A DNA stretch of 48,053 nucleotides from an uncultured Verrucomicrobiota bacterium (GTDB taxonomy: Bacteria; Verrucomicrobiota; Verrucomicrobiia; Limisphaerales; UBA1096), in contig CAJWEP010000003.1 in NCBI GenBank assembly GCA_913030945.1, positions 1 to 48,053 on the forward strand, given 5' to 3'. Positions 18,318 through 29,986 of this stretch are shown piece by piece. The first letter of the stretch is position 1; each line of letters opens with the position of its first letter. A program made the translations under genes and the position numbers. A model generated the notes under the pieces. The model made no database searches. It saw only the letters and a list, made by a program, of their open reading frames with translations, and was not told where the DNA came from.

Positions 18318-20977
18318 ACCGCGACGATATTCACCAGTTTGCCGGGAATGACGATCACTTTTTTCACGCTTTTGCCGTCAGTGTGGCGCCGGACGTTTTC
18401 GCTCTCCTGCGCGATTCGCTCAATTTCAACCTTGTCGAAGTTTGCTGGAATCTGGATGCGGTCGCGCAGCTTGCCGTTGACCTGCACTGCCATCTCGATG
18501 GTGGACTCTACGAGGTGCGCCTCATCGTGGCTAGGCCAAGGCTTGTACGCCAGCGTCGAACCGGCTCCGTTGGCCTTGGCATACAGTTCCTCGGCAATGT
18601 GCGGCGCGAACGGCGCGAGCAGCAGCAGGAAATCATTCATCACCGACAGCGGCCGAATGTCCCAGTTTGACGCCTCGTTGGTGAACACCATCAGCGCGGA
18701 GATGGCGGTATTGAAGCGCAGATGTTCCATGTCCTCGGTCACTTTTTTGATGCAGGTGTGCAGCACCTTGAGCTGCCCGGGCGTGGCCTCCGCCTGCCCC
18801 ACCGTTTCGTTCAGTTTCAGCGCGGCGAGCAGCTCCGGTCCCGCATCCGGATTCGCCGTCAGTTGCTGTTCGAACTCCTTTTCGCTCTGCTCGTCGATGA
18901 ACATCCGCCACACGCGGCCGAGGAACCGGTACACACCCTCAACGCCCTTCGTGTTCCACGGTTTCACCATCTCGAGCGGCCCCATGAACATTTCGTACAG
19001 GCGAAAGGCATCCGAACCAAACTCCGCAAGGATGTCATCCGGATTGACGACGTTGCCGCGCGACTTGGACATCTTCTGGCCGTCCGAGCCAAGGATCAGC
19101 CCCTGATTGACCAGCTTGTAAAACGGCTCCGGCGAACTCACCTGGCCAAGGTCAAACAACACCTTGTGCCAAAAGCGCGCGTATAGCAGATGCAACACCG
19201 CGTGCTCAGTGCCGCCGACATACAGGTCGACGCCCGGCGTGGCGTTGTCGTTGGCCGATCCCATCCAGTAGCGTTCTGCCCCGTCGGCGACGAAGCGGTC
19301 GCTGTTTTGCGCATCGAGAAAGCGCAGGTAATACCAGCAACTGCCGGCCCATTGCGGCATGGTGTTTGTCTCCCGCTTGAGGCCGTCGTCGGCCTGGCAC
19401 CACTCTTCGGCACGGGCCAACGGCGGGTCGCCGGAACCGGTTGGCTTGAAGTCGGTGAGATCCGGCGGCGTGAGCGGCAACTCATCTTCCTCCAGCCCAA
19501 GGTGGCCGCCCTCGTCCCAAACGATCGGGAACGGCTCGCCCCAGTAGCGTTGCCGGCTGAACAGCCAGTCACGCAGCTTGTAATTGATCATCCCTTGGCC
19601 AAGCGCTTTCTCCTCGAGCCAGGCGGTGATTTTGCGCTTAGCCTCGGATGTCGGCAGGCCGTCGAGCAAACCGGAATTCACCGCCGTGCCAACGCCGGTG
19701 AAACCAACCGACTCTTCCCCTTCGGGCGCCTGGACGACCACCTCGATCGGCAGCTTGAATTTTTGCGCGAACTCCAGATCGCGCGTATCGTGTGCCGGCA
19801 CCGCCATGATCGCGCCAGTGCCATACCCGGCCAGAACGTAGTCGGCCGTCCAGATCGGCACCGGCCGGCCATTGGCCGGGTTGATCGCGAACGCGCCTGT
19901 AAACACGCCGCTTTTGTCCTTGGCCAAGTCGGTCCGCTCCAAGTCGCTCTTCCTCGCCGCCTCGGCTTGATACGCTTCGACCTCGGCTTGTTGTTCGGCT
20001 GAGACGACTTCGTCCAGCAACCCGCTCTCCGGCGAGAGGACCATGTACGTCGCGCCAAACAGCGTGTCCGGGCGCGTGGTGAAAACGGCAATCTCGACGT
20101 CGGAATCCTCGACGCGGAAAAGCACCTCGGCCCCATCGGAGCGTCCGATCCAGTTGCGCTGCATTTCCTTGAGAGAGTCGCTCCAGTCGATGCCGTCGAG
20201 ATCGTCGAGCAGGCGCTGTGCGTAGGCGGTGATGCGCAGCATCCATTGGCGCATCGGTTTGCGCTCCACCGGAAAACCACCGACCTCGCTCACGCCCTCC
20301 TTGACCTCCTCGTTAGCTAACACGGTGCCAAGCTTAGGGCACCAATTCACCGGCGCCTTGGATACGAAAGCCAAGCGATAGTTATCGCGCCAAGCGCGGC
20401 GTTGTTCGTCGGTGGTCGCGTCCGGCGGATAGGCCAGCGTGTCGATCGGCTCCGCCTTGTTGGTCGTCGGGTTGAACCACGAGTTATAAAGCTGCAGGAA
20501 GATCCACTGCGTCCAGCGGTAGTAACCGGGGTCGGTGGTGTTGAGTTCGCGACTCCAGTCGTAGCTGAAGCCAAGCGACTGGATCTGCCGCTTGAAGTTG
20601 GCCACGTTCGCCTCGGTGGTGATCCGCGGGTGCTGGCCGGTCGTGATGGCGTACTGCTCCGCCGGCAGGCCGAACGCGTCCCAGCCCATCGGGTGCAGCA
20701 CGTTGAAGCCGCGCATGCGCCTGTAACGGGCGAGGATGTCGGTGGCGGTGTAGCCCTCCGGGTGGCCGACGTGCAGCCCGGCGCCGGACGGGTACGGGAA
20801 CATGTCAAGGATGTAATACTTCGGCACGTCGCCGGGATTCGCGTCGGCATGACGCTCGCGGAATGGATGGCCATCGGGGACACTTTCACCCGGGTTCCAT
20901 GCCCGAAATGTTTCGTTCTCCTGCCAATGCTGCTGCCATTTGGGCTCAAAAATCTGGAACGGATATTGTCTGCGCAT
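18314..20977 (-). CDS. leuS: Leucine--tRNA ligase
   Basis: [14 protein letters not shown] (HIGH), FTTRPDT editing domain, KMSKS. Confidence 0.98.
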   Translation of the reverse strand: MRRQYPFQIFEPKWQQHWQENETFRAWNPGESVPDGHPFRERHADANPGDVPKYYILDMFPYPSGAGLHVGHPEGYTATDILARYRRMRGFNVLHPMGWDAFGLPAEQYAITTGQHPRITTEANVANFKRQIQSLGFSYDWSRELNTTDPGYYRWTQWIFLQLYNSWFNPTTNKAEPIDTLAYPPDATTDEQRRAWRDNYRLAFVSKAPVNWCPKLGTVLANEEVKEGVSEVGGFPVERKPMRQWMLRITAYAQRLLDDLDGIDWSDSLKEMQRNWIGRSDGAEVLFRVEDSDVEIAVFTTRPDTLFGATYMVLSPESGLLDEVVSAEQQAEVEAYQAEAARKSDLERTDLAKDKSGVFTGAFAINPANGRPVPIWTADYVLAGYGTGAIMAVPAHDTRDLEFAQKFKLPIEVVVQAPEGEESVGFTGVGTAVNSGLLDGLPTSEAKRKITAWLEEKALGQGMINYKLRDWLFSRQRYWGEPFPIVWDEGGHLGLEEDELPLTPPDLTDFKPTGSGDPPLARAEEWCQADDGLKRETNTMPQWAGSCWYYLRFLDAQNSDRFVADGAERYWMGSANDNATPGVDLYVGGTEHAVLHLLYARFWHKVLFDLGQVSSPEPFYKLVNQGLILGSDGQKMSKSRGNVVNPDDILAEFGSDAFRLYEMFMGPLEMVKPWNTKGVEGVYRFLGRVWRMFIDEQSEKEFEQQLTANPDAGPELLAALKLNETVGQAEATPGQLKVLHTCIKKVTEDMEHLRFNTAISALMVFTNEASNWDIRPLSVMNDFLLLLAPFAPHIAEELYAKANGAGSTLAYKPWPSHDEAHLVESTIEMAVQVNGKLRDRIQIPANFDKVEIERIAQESENVRRHTDGKSVKKVIVIPGKLVNIVAV

Positions 20978-21028
20978 TCTCGCGGATAAACAGGTTCAGT
21001 TGGGTTGTCGCTTGGCCAAGCGCTTGGC

Positions 21029-22753
21029 TTATACCTCGAGGTTGTGATCGGTCACCGCACCCAGCGACGCCGACGTCACGGCGCTGGCGTACTTGGCCAA
21101 GACGCCCTTGATGTAGCGTGGCCTGGGCTTGCGCCACGCCTTGCGGCGCTTAGCCAATTCCTTCGCCGGCACGTCGAGCACGAGTTGCCGCCGCTCGGCG
21201 TCGATGGTGATCGAGTCTCCGCGCTTCACCATGCCCAACGCACCGCCTGCATACGCCTCCGGTGTGATGTGGCCCACGACGAAGCCGTGCGTCCCTCCGG
21301 AGAATCGGCCGTCGGTAATCAGCGCCACGTCGTTGCCCAGGCCTGCTCCCATGATGGCGGCTGTCGGGCCCAGCATCTCGCGCATGCCCGGGCCGCCTTT
21401 CGGCCCCTCGTAGCGGATGACGATCACATCGCCTTTTTTGATTCTGCCACCGAGGATCGCCTTCATCGCCTTCTCCTCGGAGTCGAACGGCTTGGCCGTG
21501 CCGGTGAAGCTCATGCCCTCCTTGCCGGTGATCTTGGCCACGCCGCCCTCCGGCGCGAGGTTGCCGTACATCACCACGAGGTGGCTGTCCTTCTTGATCG
21601 GCCGGGACAGCGGCTGGACGATTTTCTGTCCTTTGCGGTACGGTTTCGCCTTGGCCAGGTTCTGCGCCATTGTCTTGCCGGTGACCGTCATGCAGTCGCC
21701 ATGGAGCAGCCCGGCACGGAGCAGTGTTTTCATCATCGGCTGGATGCCGCCTATGGCGACCAACTCGCTCATCAGGTATTTACCGCTTGGCTTGAGATCA
21801 GCAAGCACCGGCACTTTTTTTCCGATCCGCGTGAAGTCATCGATACTCAACTTGACGCCGGCTGCGTGCGCCATTGCCAGCAGATGCAGCACGGCATTCG
21901 TCGAGCCTCCAAGCGCGATGACGATGGTGATCGCATTCTCGAATGCCTTTTTCGTCATGATGTCGCGCGGCTTGATGCCTCGCTTGAGCAGGTTTAGCAC
22001 CGCGGCACCGGCCTCGCGGCAATCCTTCTTCTTGGCCGGACTGATCGCCGCCTGAGCGCTGCTGCCCGGCAGGCTCATGCCCATTGCCTCAATCGCGCTG
22101 GCCATCGTGTTGGCCGTGTACATCCCGCCGCAGGAACCGGCACCCGGGATGGCGCACGCGGTGATCTGTTCGAGGCCCTTGTCGGAAAGGTTGTCGTTGG
22201 CATGCGCGCCGACCGCCTCGAACACCGAGACGATGTCGAGTTTCTTCGTTTGACCCGTGATGCAGCCCGGCAAAATCGTGCCGCCATACACGAACACCGC
22301 CGGGCGGTTCATCCGCGCGATCGAGATCATGCAGCCCGGCATGTTCTTGTCGCAACCGCCGATGGCGACGAAGCCGTCCATGCACTCGCAGCCGACGACT
22401 GTCTCGATCGAGTCAGCAATAACCTCGCGCGACACGAGCGAATACTTCATCCCCTCCGTGCCCATCGAGATGCCGTCGGAGATCGTGATGGTGTTGAACA
22501 CGATCGCCTTGCCGCCGGCCCGGTTCGCGCCGTTCTCGGCCACGCGCGCCAACTCGTCGATGTGCATGTTGCATGGCGTGACATTGCTCCACGTGGAAGC
22601 CACGCCGATGATCGGCTTGGCAAAGTCGGCCGTCTTGAAGCCGGTCGGGTAAAGCATCGCCCGGCTCGGGGCGCGATCCGGCCCATCCAGCATAATCGCG
22701 GAGTGGGGACGCAGGTTCGGTTGGTCTTTCTTTTTACGGATGGTTTTCTTCAT
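21029..22753 (-). CDS. ilvD: Dihydroxy-acid dehydratase
   Basis: [43 protein letters not shown]; ATG 22753 chosen. Confidence 0.96.
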   Translation of the reverse strand: MKKTIRKKKDQPNLRPHSAIMLDGPDRAPSRAMLYPTGFKTADFAKPIIGVASTWSNVTPCNMHIDELARVAENGANRAGGKAIVFNTITISDGISMGTEGMKYSLVSREVIADSIETVVGCECMDGFVAIGGCDKNMPGCMISIARMNRPAVFVYGGTILPGCITGQTKKLDIVSVFEAVGAHANDNLSDKGLEQITACAIPGAGSCGGMYTANTMASAIEAMGMSLPGSSAQAAISPAKKKDCREAGAAVLNLLKRGIKPRDIMTKKAFENAITIVIALGGSTNAVLHLLAMAHAAGVKLSIDDFTRIGKKVPVLADLKPSGKYLMSELVAIGGIQPMMKTLLRAGLLHGDCMTVTGKTMAQNLAKAKPYRKGQKIVQPLSRPIKKDSHLVVMYGNLAPEGGVAKITGKEGMSFTGTAKPFDSEEKAMKAILGGRIKKGDVIVIRYEGPKGGPGMREMLGPTAAIMGAGLGNDVALITDGRFSGGTHGFVVGHITPEAYAGGALGMVKRGDSITIDAERRQLVLDVPAKELAKRRKAWRKPRPRYIKGVLAKYASAVTSASLGAVTDHNLEV

Positions 22754-22861
22754 CGCAAACTGACAGCCACGCAGTCTCAGCAAAGTACTCCAAAAAAACA
22801 AGTCGCTAGGCTTGATGACAATGTTTGACAAAAAAAATCTATCTGCCAAGCATTGCTGCGT

Positions 22862-23401
22862 ATGAAACCCTGCATGACACTACTCCTCTCCATCGGCTTG
22901 GCTGGAACGGTTTGCGCCGAGAAATCGACCCTCGACATCCCGTTGAAGGACATCGACGGCAAGAAAACTAACCTCGGCGCCCACAAGGGCAAAGTGATGC
23001 TGGTTGTCAACGTTGCTAGCAAGTGTGGCCTTACTCCGCAATACAAGCAACTACAGGCCGTCCACTCAAAGTACGGCAAAAAGGGCTTCACCGTGCTGGG
23101 TTTCCCCTGCAACCAGTTTGGCAAGCAGGAACCTGGCACTTCGTTGGAGATCAAAAAATTCTGCACCGACAACTACGAAGTCACCTTCCCTCTTCATTCC
23201 AAGATCGAAGTGAACGGCAACGGCGCCCATCCGCTCTACAAGCAGCTCAAGAAGGAATCAGGCGGCTCGGACAAGATACGCTGGAACTTCGAGAAGTTCC
23301 TGCTCGACAGCAACGGCAAAGTTATCAAGCGCTTCTCGCCCCGCACCAAGCCGAACGCCCCCGAGGTCATCGCGGCCATCGAAGCTGCATTGAAAGAATA
23401 G
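22862..23401 (+). CDS. Glutathione peroxidase family protein (Cys-type) with signal peptide
   Basis: [25 protein letters not shown]; hydrophobic N-terminus. Confidence 0.93.
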   Translation: MKPCMTLLLSIGLAGTVCAEKSTLDIPLKDIDGKKTNLGAHKGKVMLVVNVASKCGLTPQYKQLQAVHSKYGKKGFTVLGFPCNQFGKQEPGTSLEIKKFCTDNYEVTFPLHSKIEVNGNGAHPLYKQLKKESGGSDKIRWNFEKFLLDSNGKVIKRFSPRTKPNAPEVIAAIEAALKE

Positions 23402-23419
23402 TACTCAAAACCCACCAGG

Positions 23420-24439
23420 CTACGGCAACTTGAGCCAGACGGTGTTGGCAAGGATAAGTTCGAGCAGCAGCAGCGCCAGGCCAGTGATGACGAGAAACGG
23501 AAACCACTCGTCGTAGTTGAAATAGCGCTCCACCTCCACCTCGGTTTTTTCCATCGTGTCGATTTTGTCGTAAATCTCCCGAAGCTCGCTTTGGCTGTCG
23601 GCGCGGAAGTACTGGCCGCCGGTTCGGTCGGCGATTTTTTGCAGCGTTTCCTCGTCGATGTTCACCTCGACGTTGCGGTAGCGCTTCCGACCAAACACGT
23701 CCGTGTACGGCATCGGCGCAACGCCGCGTGTGCCGACGCCGATGGTGTAGACCTTCACGTCCAGCAACTCGGCCGCCTCGGCGGCGGTCAGCGGCGCGAC
23801 GGTACCGGCGTTGTTCTGGCCGTCGGTCATCAGGATGATGATGCGACTCTCCGAGTCGAGGTCGCGCAGGCGGTTCAACCCGGCACTGATCGCCGAGCCG
23901 ATCGCGGTGCCGTCCTCGATCGACCGGCTCCCGGCCTCAAGTCGGTCGAGGTTGGCGAGCAGGAAGTCGTGGTCGAGTGTCAGCGGCGCGGCGATGTACG
24001 CCCGCCCGGCGAAAGCCACCAACCCGATTCGGTCCGCTGGCCGGTTGTCGACGAACCCCTTTAGCACCGCCTTGGCCACGGCGACGCGGTTGGCCCGTTT
24101 GCCTTTCAACTGAAAGTCCTCGGCTAGCATGCTGCCGGACAGGTCGAACGCCACGGCGATGTCGATGCCGCTGGCCCGGATTTTCTCGGTGCCCTCGCCC
24201 CATTGCGGCCGGGCCATGGCGAGTACGAACAGCAGCAGCGCTGTCCAGCGCAGAAACCCGAGCAGCGCCCCGGACTTCGGCTTGACCAAGCCCATGATGC
24301 CGCGCACGAGCTGCACCGAGGAAAACATCAACGCCGGCCGGCCGGCCAGCCAACGCCGTCGCGCCCATGCGACCAGCGGCAGCAGCAGCAGCAGCAGTAG
24401 CCACCACGGGCTGTCAATTCTCAGCTCGCCGAACGTCAT
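23420..24439 (-). CDS. BatA-like vWA domain membrane protein
   Basis: N-terminal double TM with LARP-like motif, DLSGSM MIDAS, TDG, C-terminal TM. Confidence 0.9.
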   Translation of the reverse strand: MTFGELRIDSPWWLLLLLLLPLVAWARRRWLAGRPALMFSSVQLVRGIMGLVKPKSGALLGFLRWTALLLFVLAMARPQWGEGTEKIRASGIDIAVAFDLSGSMLAEDFQLKGKRANRVAVAKAVLKGFVDNRPADRIGLVAFAGRAYIAAPLTLDHDFLLANLDRLEAGSRSIEDGTAIGSAISAGLNRLRDLDSESRIIILMTDGQNNAGTVAPLTAAEAAELLDVKVYTIGVGTRGVAPMPYTDVFGRKRYRNVEVNIDEETLQKIADRTGGQYFRADSQSELREIYDKIDTMEKTEVEVERYFNYDEWFPFLVITGLALLLLELILANTVWLKLP

Positions 24440-25044
24440 GGCTCGGCCTCCGTCTCCTCGCGCAGGCTGGGCTGCGTCTCGCCAACCAGCCGACTGGCAG
24501 CCTCGTGCAGATCGCGCAACTCCTGCTCAGGCGGTTCCGCCTTGGCGAATTTCACCATGTCGCACGCGCCGAGGAAGTCGGCGAGCAGTTGCTTGTGCTC
24601 CGTGGCCAGGCGCTGGCTCGACTGCAGTTCAAGCAAAAACTCCTCAGTTGTCCGATCCGGCGCGTGCAGGTCGAACCGTTCCTCAAGATACAGCCGAATG
24701 ATTTGTGACACCTCGACGCAGAACCGCTCCGCCTCGTGGACCAGGCCAAGCGCACGCTGCAGCCGCTCCCACGCCACAACGTGCGGGGGCGGAGGGGGCG
24801 GAGGTGCCAGTTCCTCGCTGCGCCTGGCCAAGCGGCGGCGGACAAACCAGGCAACGACCCCAGCAACCACCAGCGCCGCCGCCGTGACCAGCAGCCACCA
24901 CACCCACTCGTGGCCAGTGGGGATATCGACCACGTCCTTGAGCCCCCGGATGTCCGGGATTTCCTCCGAGCCAACTGCGTTGGTGGCATCGGCAGGATCC
25001 GGCAAAACAAGTGCCGCGGAGTTGGTGCTGGGAGTCGTCGGCAT
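24436..25044 (-). CDS. Bat-cluster associated membrane protein (DUF4381-like)
   Basis: DIRGLK followed by TM, TTEEFL, DMVKFAK; lies between DUF58 and vWA genes. Confidence 0.75.
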   Translation of the reverse strand: MPTTPSTNSAALVLPDPADATNAVGSEEIPDIRGLKDVVDIPTGHEWVWWLLVTAAALVVAGVVAWFVRRRLARRSEELAPPPPPPPHVVAWERLQRALGLVHEAERFCVEVSQIIRLYLEERFDLHAPDRTTEEFLLELQSSQRLATEHKQLLADFLGACDMVKFAKAEPPEQELRDLHEAASRLVGETQPSLREETEAEP

Positions 25045-26003
25045 CAGGCAGCGAGGTGCCGGCGTTTCAGGCGCATCTCAAAAAATTTCTCGAGCGCCAT
25101 AATGTACGGCTCGTCGGTGCAAAGCTGGATCGAGTCGATCCCGGAGGTGCGAAAAAGCCGCAGGAGTTCCTCCTGCGCGTCGGCCTGTCGCTGGGTGTAG
25201 GCCTCGCGGCGGCGTTTCTCGCCGGTGTTGATCTCGGCGATCTGCCCCGTCTCGGCATCCTGCAACACCACCCAGCCGACGTTCGGCAACTCAAGTTCAC
25301 GCGGGTCGGTGATCTGCACCGCAACCACGTCGTGCCGTCGGTTGGCCTGCCGCAACGCCGTCGCGGAGGTCTTCGCCAACGTCTCCGACATGACGACCTG
25401 CCGTCGCAAATGCGCGTCCACAGACCGACGGGTGGGGTTCGTTTGCCCGAGGAAATCGGATACGCAGACGGTGATCGCCTTGCGTGGCACCACGCGGCCG
25501 AGAAACTCCAGCGCGCCGTTCAGGTCAGTGCCGCGGTGTTCCGGTTCGAAAAACAGAATCTCGCGGATCACCCGCAGCACGTGGAACCGGCCCTTTCGGG
25601 GCGGCACGTATTTCTCAACCTTGTCGGTGAACAGGATCAGCCCAACCTTGTCGTTGTTGCGGATGGCCGAGAAGGCCAGCACCGAGGCCAACTCGGCGGC
25701 GATCTCGCGCTTGGTTTGCTGAACCGAACCGAAGAAACCGGAGCCGCTCAGGTCCACCAGCAGCATCAGTGTCAGCTCGCGCTCCTCCGAGTACACCTTG
25801 ACGAACGGCTGGTTCATCCGGGCGGTGACGTTCCAGTCGATCGACCGGATCTCGTCACCCGGAAGGTACTCGCGCACCTCCTCGAAGTGCAGCCCCTGCC
25901 CCTTGAACGCACTGTGGTACTGCCCCGCCAACGTCTCGGTGACAAGTCGCTTGGTGCGAATCTCGATTTGCCGGATTTTTTTGAGAATCTCCCTCGGGAT
26001 CAT
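25044..26003 (-). CDS. DUF58 domain protein
   Basis: FEEVREYLPGDEIRSIDWNVTAR, DLSGSG, SDF. Confidence 0.93.
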   Translation of the reverse strand: MIPREILKKIRQIEIRTKRLVTETLAGQYHSAFKGQGLHFEEVREYLPGDEIRSIDWNVTARMNQPFVKVYSEERELTLMLLVDLSGSGFFGSVQQTKREIAAELASVLAFSAIRNNDKVGLILFTDKVEKYVPPRKGRFHVLRVIREILFFEPEHRGTDLNGALEFLGRVVPRKAITVCVSDFLGQTNPTRRSVDAHLRRQVVMSETLAKTSATALRQANRRHDVVAVQITDPRELELPNVGWVVLQDAETGQIAEINTGEKRRREAYTQRQADAQEELLRLFRTSGIDSIQLCTDEPYIMALEKFFEMRLKRRHLAA

Positions 26004-26027
26004 AATGGCGCGAACGCGGAACGCAGC

Positions 26028-27641
26028 TTAGCCGATTCCCCCGCTGGTGTGTAGCCCCCGCTTGGCCCGAGCCGCTCCCGCGACAGCCACTGCCACGAGG
26101 AGACAGGCCCAACCGAAGACGTCGCCGTGCCGGTTGTACACCGTTTGGCCAAGCGCCTGGCCAAGCGGCACCTCGAACGACACAAATCCGGCCCCGTAAA
26201 TGTCGTCGGTCTCCTGCCCGTAAAACTGCCGTACTTGGCCAAGCGGATCGATCCAGCACGTGAGCCCGTTATTGGCGCAGCGGACCAGCGGCACGCCGTT
26301 CTCCACCGCACGAAAGACGGCGTTGGCCGCGTGCTGCCACTGCTCCGGCCCGGCGCCGAACCAGCCGTCGTTGGTCAGGTTCACCAGCAGGTCCGTCACC
26401 GCCGACACGTGCTCACGGCCCCCGTGCGGAAACGAGTCCTCGAAGCAGATCAACGGCGCGAGCACGTATTCGACGTCCTGCAGCGTGAACTGCACCGGCT
26501 CGATTCCCGCAGTGAAACTGCCGCCGATCGGGGAAAGGTATTTCATGAACGGCAGCGCCTTCTCGAACGGGATGTACTCGCCAAACATGACCAGTCGCCG
26601 CTTGCGGTAACTTGGCAACTGCGGGCCGTCCGCCGTCAATAAAACCGCGCTGTTGTAAAATCGAACCTCATCCGAGCCCTCCACCCGCTCGACGTCGTCC
26701 GCGCCAAAGAGCAGCGGCACGCCGTTGGTCTTCACCATGTCAAACACCTCCGGCCAACGCTCCGCCGAGATTGGCACGCAGGCCTCCGGCCATAGGAGCA
26801 AATCCGGCTTGGTGGCCAACGCCAGCCGCGACAACTCGAGCATCTTGGCCAACCGCTCATCACCGGTGCCGCCCTGCCAAATCAGCTGCTGCGGGATGCT
26901 CGGCTGGACCAAGGCAACAGTGAATTCATCTTTCCCGGAATGGCTTCCGGAATTAAAATGGGGAGTGATCCGCTTCACTATTCCCCAGCTGCAAACCAAG
27001 CCAAATGCCAGCAGCGGCAACGCCGTGTCCGCCCACCATGACAATGGGTTGGCTGGCGCGCGGCGGATTTGCAGCACGGCAAACAAAAGGCTCACCGACG
27101 CCCACACCACCAAGAACGACACGCCGTACACACCGGTCACCGACGCGATCTGGATCAGCGGCAGGTTCTCGAACTGGCTGACGCCGAGGAAGTTCCACGG
27201 GTAGCCGCCGAGCAACCGTGCCTGCACCATCTCCAAGGCCACCCAGGCCACCGCGGCAAACAGCCCAAAGCCGAGCCGCCGAAACCACGGCCACTCCAGC
27301 TTGGCCAAGCCGTCCCGCAGCCACCCGCCGCAAAACCACGCCCACGCCGCCGGATACAGCGCAGAGTACAGGCTCAACGCCAGCCAGCCGCCAACCGCCC
27401 CGGCCGCATGTGGCATATTCAGCAGGAATCGCAGCGAAACCAGACGGAAAACCAGCGCCGCGACAAAGGCCAATCCGAACAACCGCCAACGCCGCTCTCC
27501 TGCGACGACCGCCAACCAGGCGCCCGGCACCAGCCAGGCGAAGCCAAGCCAGCGTGGCTCCGGGAAAGCCAGAGCCAAGGCCAGCCCCACCAATACCGCC
27601 AGCAGCCACCGCACTTGGCCAAGTTTTTTAATCCCCAACAA
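26028..27641 (-). CDS. lnt: Apolipoprotein N-acyltransferase
   Basis: GGYPW, WPE, YNSA, KRRLVMFGEY, ICFE, NDGWF; start uncertain (TTG 27641 or GTG 27614). Confidence 0.93.
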   Translation of the reverse strand: MLGIKKLGQVRWLLAVLVGLALALAFPEPRWLGFAWLVPGAWLAVVAGERRWRLFGLAFVAALVFRLVSLRFLLNMPHAAGAVGGWLALSLYSALYPAAWAWFCGGWLRDGLAKLEWPWFRRLGFGLFAAVAWVALEMVQARLLGGYPWNFLGVSQFENLPLIQIASVTGVYGVSFLVVWASVSLLFAVLQIRRAPANPLSWWADTALPLLAFGLVCSWGIVKRITPHFNSGSHSGKDEFTVALVQPSIPQQLIWQGGTGDERLAKMLELSRLALATKPDLLLWPEACVPISAERWPEVFDMVKTNGVPLLFGADDVERVEGSDEVRFYNSAVLLTADGPQLPSYRKRRLVMFGEYIPFEKALPFMKYLSPIGGSFTAGIEPVQFTLQDVEYVLAPLICFEDSFPHGGREHVSAVTDLLVNLTNDGWFGAGPEQWQHAANAVFRAVENGVPLVRCANNGLTCWIDPLGQVRQFYGQETDDIYGAGFVSFEVPLGQALGQTVYNRHGDVFGWACLLVAVAVAGAARAKRGLHTSGGIG

Positions 27642-27732
27642 CGGCGGAAGATTGCCCGACGACAAAAGGCGAGTCGAGCGTCCGGCTTTTGGCTTGCGAA
27701 TCGTCCCCGCTGCCGTCACCGTCCGCGGCACG

Positions 27733-28692
27733 ATGTCTCGCGCAATTTTAACCGGAAAATGGATCGCCGTCGCACTGCTCTTCGTCGCTGCGGCAAATCC
27801 GACGTTTGCTGAAAAGATCAGTGTCTTGTACGTCGATGGACAAAACAACCACAACTGGAAAGCCATGACGCCTTACATGAAAGCGCAAATGGAGAAGACC
27901 GGATTGTTCCAAGTCGACGTGGTTACTTCCCCTCCTCGCGCCCCTCGCCCGCCGCGAAACCTGAGCGAGAGCCAAAAGGCCAAGGCGGCCGAAGCCGCCA
28001 GAAAAATCCGCGAGGAGTTTCAGGCCAAGTGGGACACCTTTCGCCCAGCGTTCAAAAAATATGATGTCATCGTGAGCAACTACAACGGCGAAGACTGGCC
28101 CGAGCCGGTCCAGCGCGCGTTTGAAAAACACATGAAGAGCGGCGGCCGCTTCATCGTCGTCCACGCCGCCGACAACTCATTCCCGAATTGGCCCGAGTAC
28201 AACCGGATGATCGGCCTTGGTGGCTGGGGCGGTCGCACCGAAAAACACGGGCCGTACGTCTACTACAACGACGAGGGCAACCTCGTCCGGAACACCCAGC
28301 CAGGTAGGGGCGGCAGCCACGGCCCGCAGCACGCCTTCAAGATCGTCGTGCGAGACGACTCCCACCCGGTCACCAACGGCATGCCGACCGAGTGGATGCA
28401 CGCTCAGGACGAGTTGTATGATTCCCTCCGGGGCCCGGCCGAGAACATGAAGATCCTCGCCACCGCCTACAGCGCCAAGAGCAAACGGCACGAGCCGATG
28501 ATGATGACAATCAACTACGGCAAGGGCATCATTTTCCACACGCCAATGGGCCACGAGAACGGGAAGTCGCTCCAATGCATCGGGTTCATCGCCACGTTGA
28601 ATCGTTCCGCCGAATGGCTGGCCACTGGCAAAGTCACCCAGGCGCTCCCAAAAAAATTCCCGACGGCCACACAGGTTTCATTGGCGGACTGA
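27733..28692 (+). CDS. Secreted ThuA-like (class I glutamine amidotransferase-fold) domain protein
   Basis: Signal peptide, DGQNNHNW, HAADN, DELY, TPMGH. Confidence 0.85.
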   Translation: MSRAILTGKWIAVALLFVAAANPTFAEKISVLYVDGQNNHNWKAMTPYMKAQMEKTGLFQVDVVTSPPRAPRPPRNLSESQKAKAAEAARKIREEFQAKWDTFRPAFKKYDVIVSNYNGEDWPEPVQRAFEKHMKSGGRFIVVHAADNSFPNWPEYNRMIGLGGWGGRTEKHGPYVYYNDEGNLVRNTQPGRGGSHGPQHAFKIVVRDDSHPVTNGMPTEWMHAQDELYDSLRGPAENMKILATAYSAKSKRHEPMMMTINYGKGIIFHTPMGHENGKSLQCIGFIATLNRSAEWLATGKVTQALPKKFPTATQVSLAD

Positions 28693-28705
28693 TACAGGCT
28701 TTCAC

Positions 28706-29215
28706 ATGAGCGAAAATGCAAATCCGACTGCGACTATCCAGACCACCAAGGGGGAAATGAGCATCGAGCTATGGCCCGATGCCGCCCCCGGCACGGTGGA
28801 AAACTTCACCAAACTCGCCAACGACGAGTTTTACGACGGCACCTGCTTTCACCGGATCATGGCTGGCTTCATGATCCAGGGCGGCGACCCGCAAACCAAG
28901 GACGAGTCGCTCGAGAATCTATGGGGCACCGGCGGGCCCGGCCATACGATCAAAGCCGAGTTCAATGACCGGCCGCACGTTCGCGGTGTCATCTCAATGG
29001 CCCGCTCGGCCGATCCCGACTCCGCCGGCAGCCAGTTTTTTGTCTGCCTGGGTAAAGCCGACTTCCTCGACGGCCAGTACACCGCCTTTGGCCAACTGAG
29101 CGCAGGCGACGACACGCTGAGCGACATCGGCGACACGTCGGTTGGACCAAGCAGCAGCGGCGAGAACAGCAAACCGCAGGAGCGCGTTGAGGTCACCAGC
29201 ATCCGCGTGGCCTGA
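28706..29215 (+). CDS. Cyclophilin-type peptidyl-prolyl isomerase
   Basis: FYDGTCFHR, FMIQGGDP, SMAR, GSQFF, LDGQYTAFG. Confidence 0.95.
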   Translation: MSENANPTATIQTTKGEMSIELWPDAAPGTVENFTKLANDEFYDGTCFHRIMAGFMIQGGDPQTKDESLENLWGTGGPGHTIKAEFNDRPHVRGVISMARSADPDSAGSQFFVCLGKADFLDGQYTAFGQLSAGDDTLSDIGDTSVGPSSSGENSKPQERVEVTSIRVA

Positions 29216-29422
29216 CTTGACCAAGCGCTACCTTGCCCCGCGTGAGCCAACCCGATGACAACGCCGGCGTGCCCAAGCTAGCTGACCACAATGGGTTGCT
29301 CCGAGGCCAGGGCTGGTGTGATGACCGCGCAGTTGGCTAAAGGCGAAACATCTCACACGACGAAGCCACGGCACACCTGCTGAACCTCATGTGACAGGGC
29401 TGGGCCACTAAGGAACAAATCG

Positions 29423-29986
29423 ATGCCGATTAAAAATCCAGAACTGACCCCCTGGCCGCTGAAGGAGAGCCGCTACGCTGACGACTACAAAATTTTCAAG
29501 GTGCGCTCGGACCGCCGCACCTCACCGCGCACCGGCGACGAGCACGAGTTTTTTGTGATCGAGTCGGTGGACTGGTGCAACATCATCGCCCTGACGCTGG
29601 ACGATCAACTGGTGATGGTTGAGCAATACCGGCAGGGAACCAACCTCATCGAACTGGAACTTCCCGGCGGAATGATCGATCCCGGCGAAAACCCGCTGGA
29701 AACAGCAGTGCGCGAGTTGCGCGAGGAAACCGGCTATGCCGGCGATGCGCCCGAGAGCGGCGGATTCGTTTACGCCAACCCAGCGATCATGAACAACAAG
29801 GTGCACACCGTCATCATCCGCAACGCCAGCAGCCAGCACGTCACCCAACTCGACGCCGGTGAGGACCTGATCACCCGACTCGTGCCGCTCGATGAGATTC
29901 CGAAATTGGTCGAGAACGGCACGATCGGCCACTCGCTGATGGTCGCCGCGCTCTTCCGGTTTCAGATTGCGGAAAACGCCAACTAA
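29423..29986 (+). CDS. NUDIX hydrolase (ADP-ribose pyrophosphatase-like)
   Basis: Nudix box GMIDPGENPLETAVRELREETGY, QYR. Confidence 0.92.
   Translation: MPIKNPELTPWPLKESRYADDYKIFKVRSDRRTSPRTGDEHEFFVIESVDWCNIIALTLDDQLVMVEQYRQGTNLIELELPGGMIDPGENPLETAVRELREETGYAGDAPESGGFVYANPAIMNNKVHTVIIRNASSQHVTQLDAGEDLITRLVPLDEIPKLVENGTIGHSLMVAALFRFQIAENAN

Noticed and set aside
22862-23401. Selenocysteine glutathione peroxidase
   Set aside because: The active-site codon is TGT (Cys), not TGA
24380-24397. (CAG)6 microsatellite
   Set aside because: Encodes the poly-Leu TM helix of BatA with the preferred CTG codon; in-frame, no sign of phase variation
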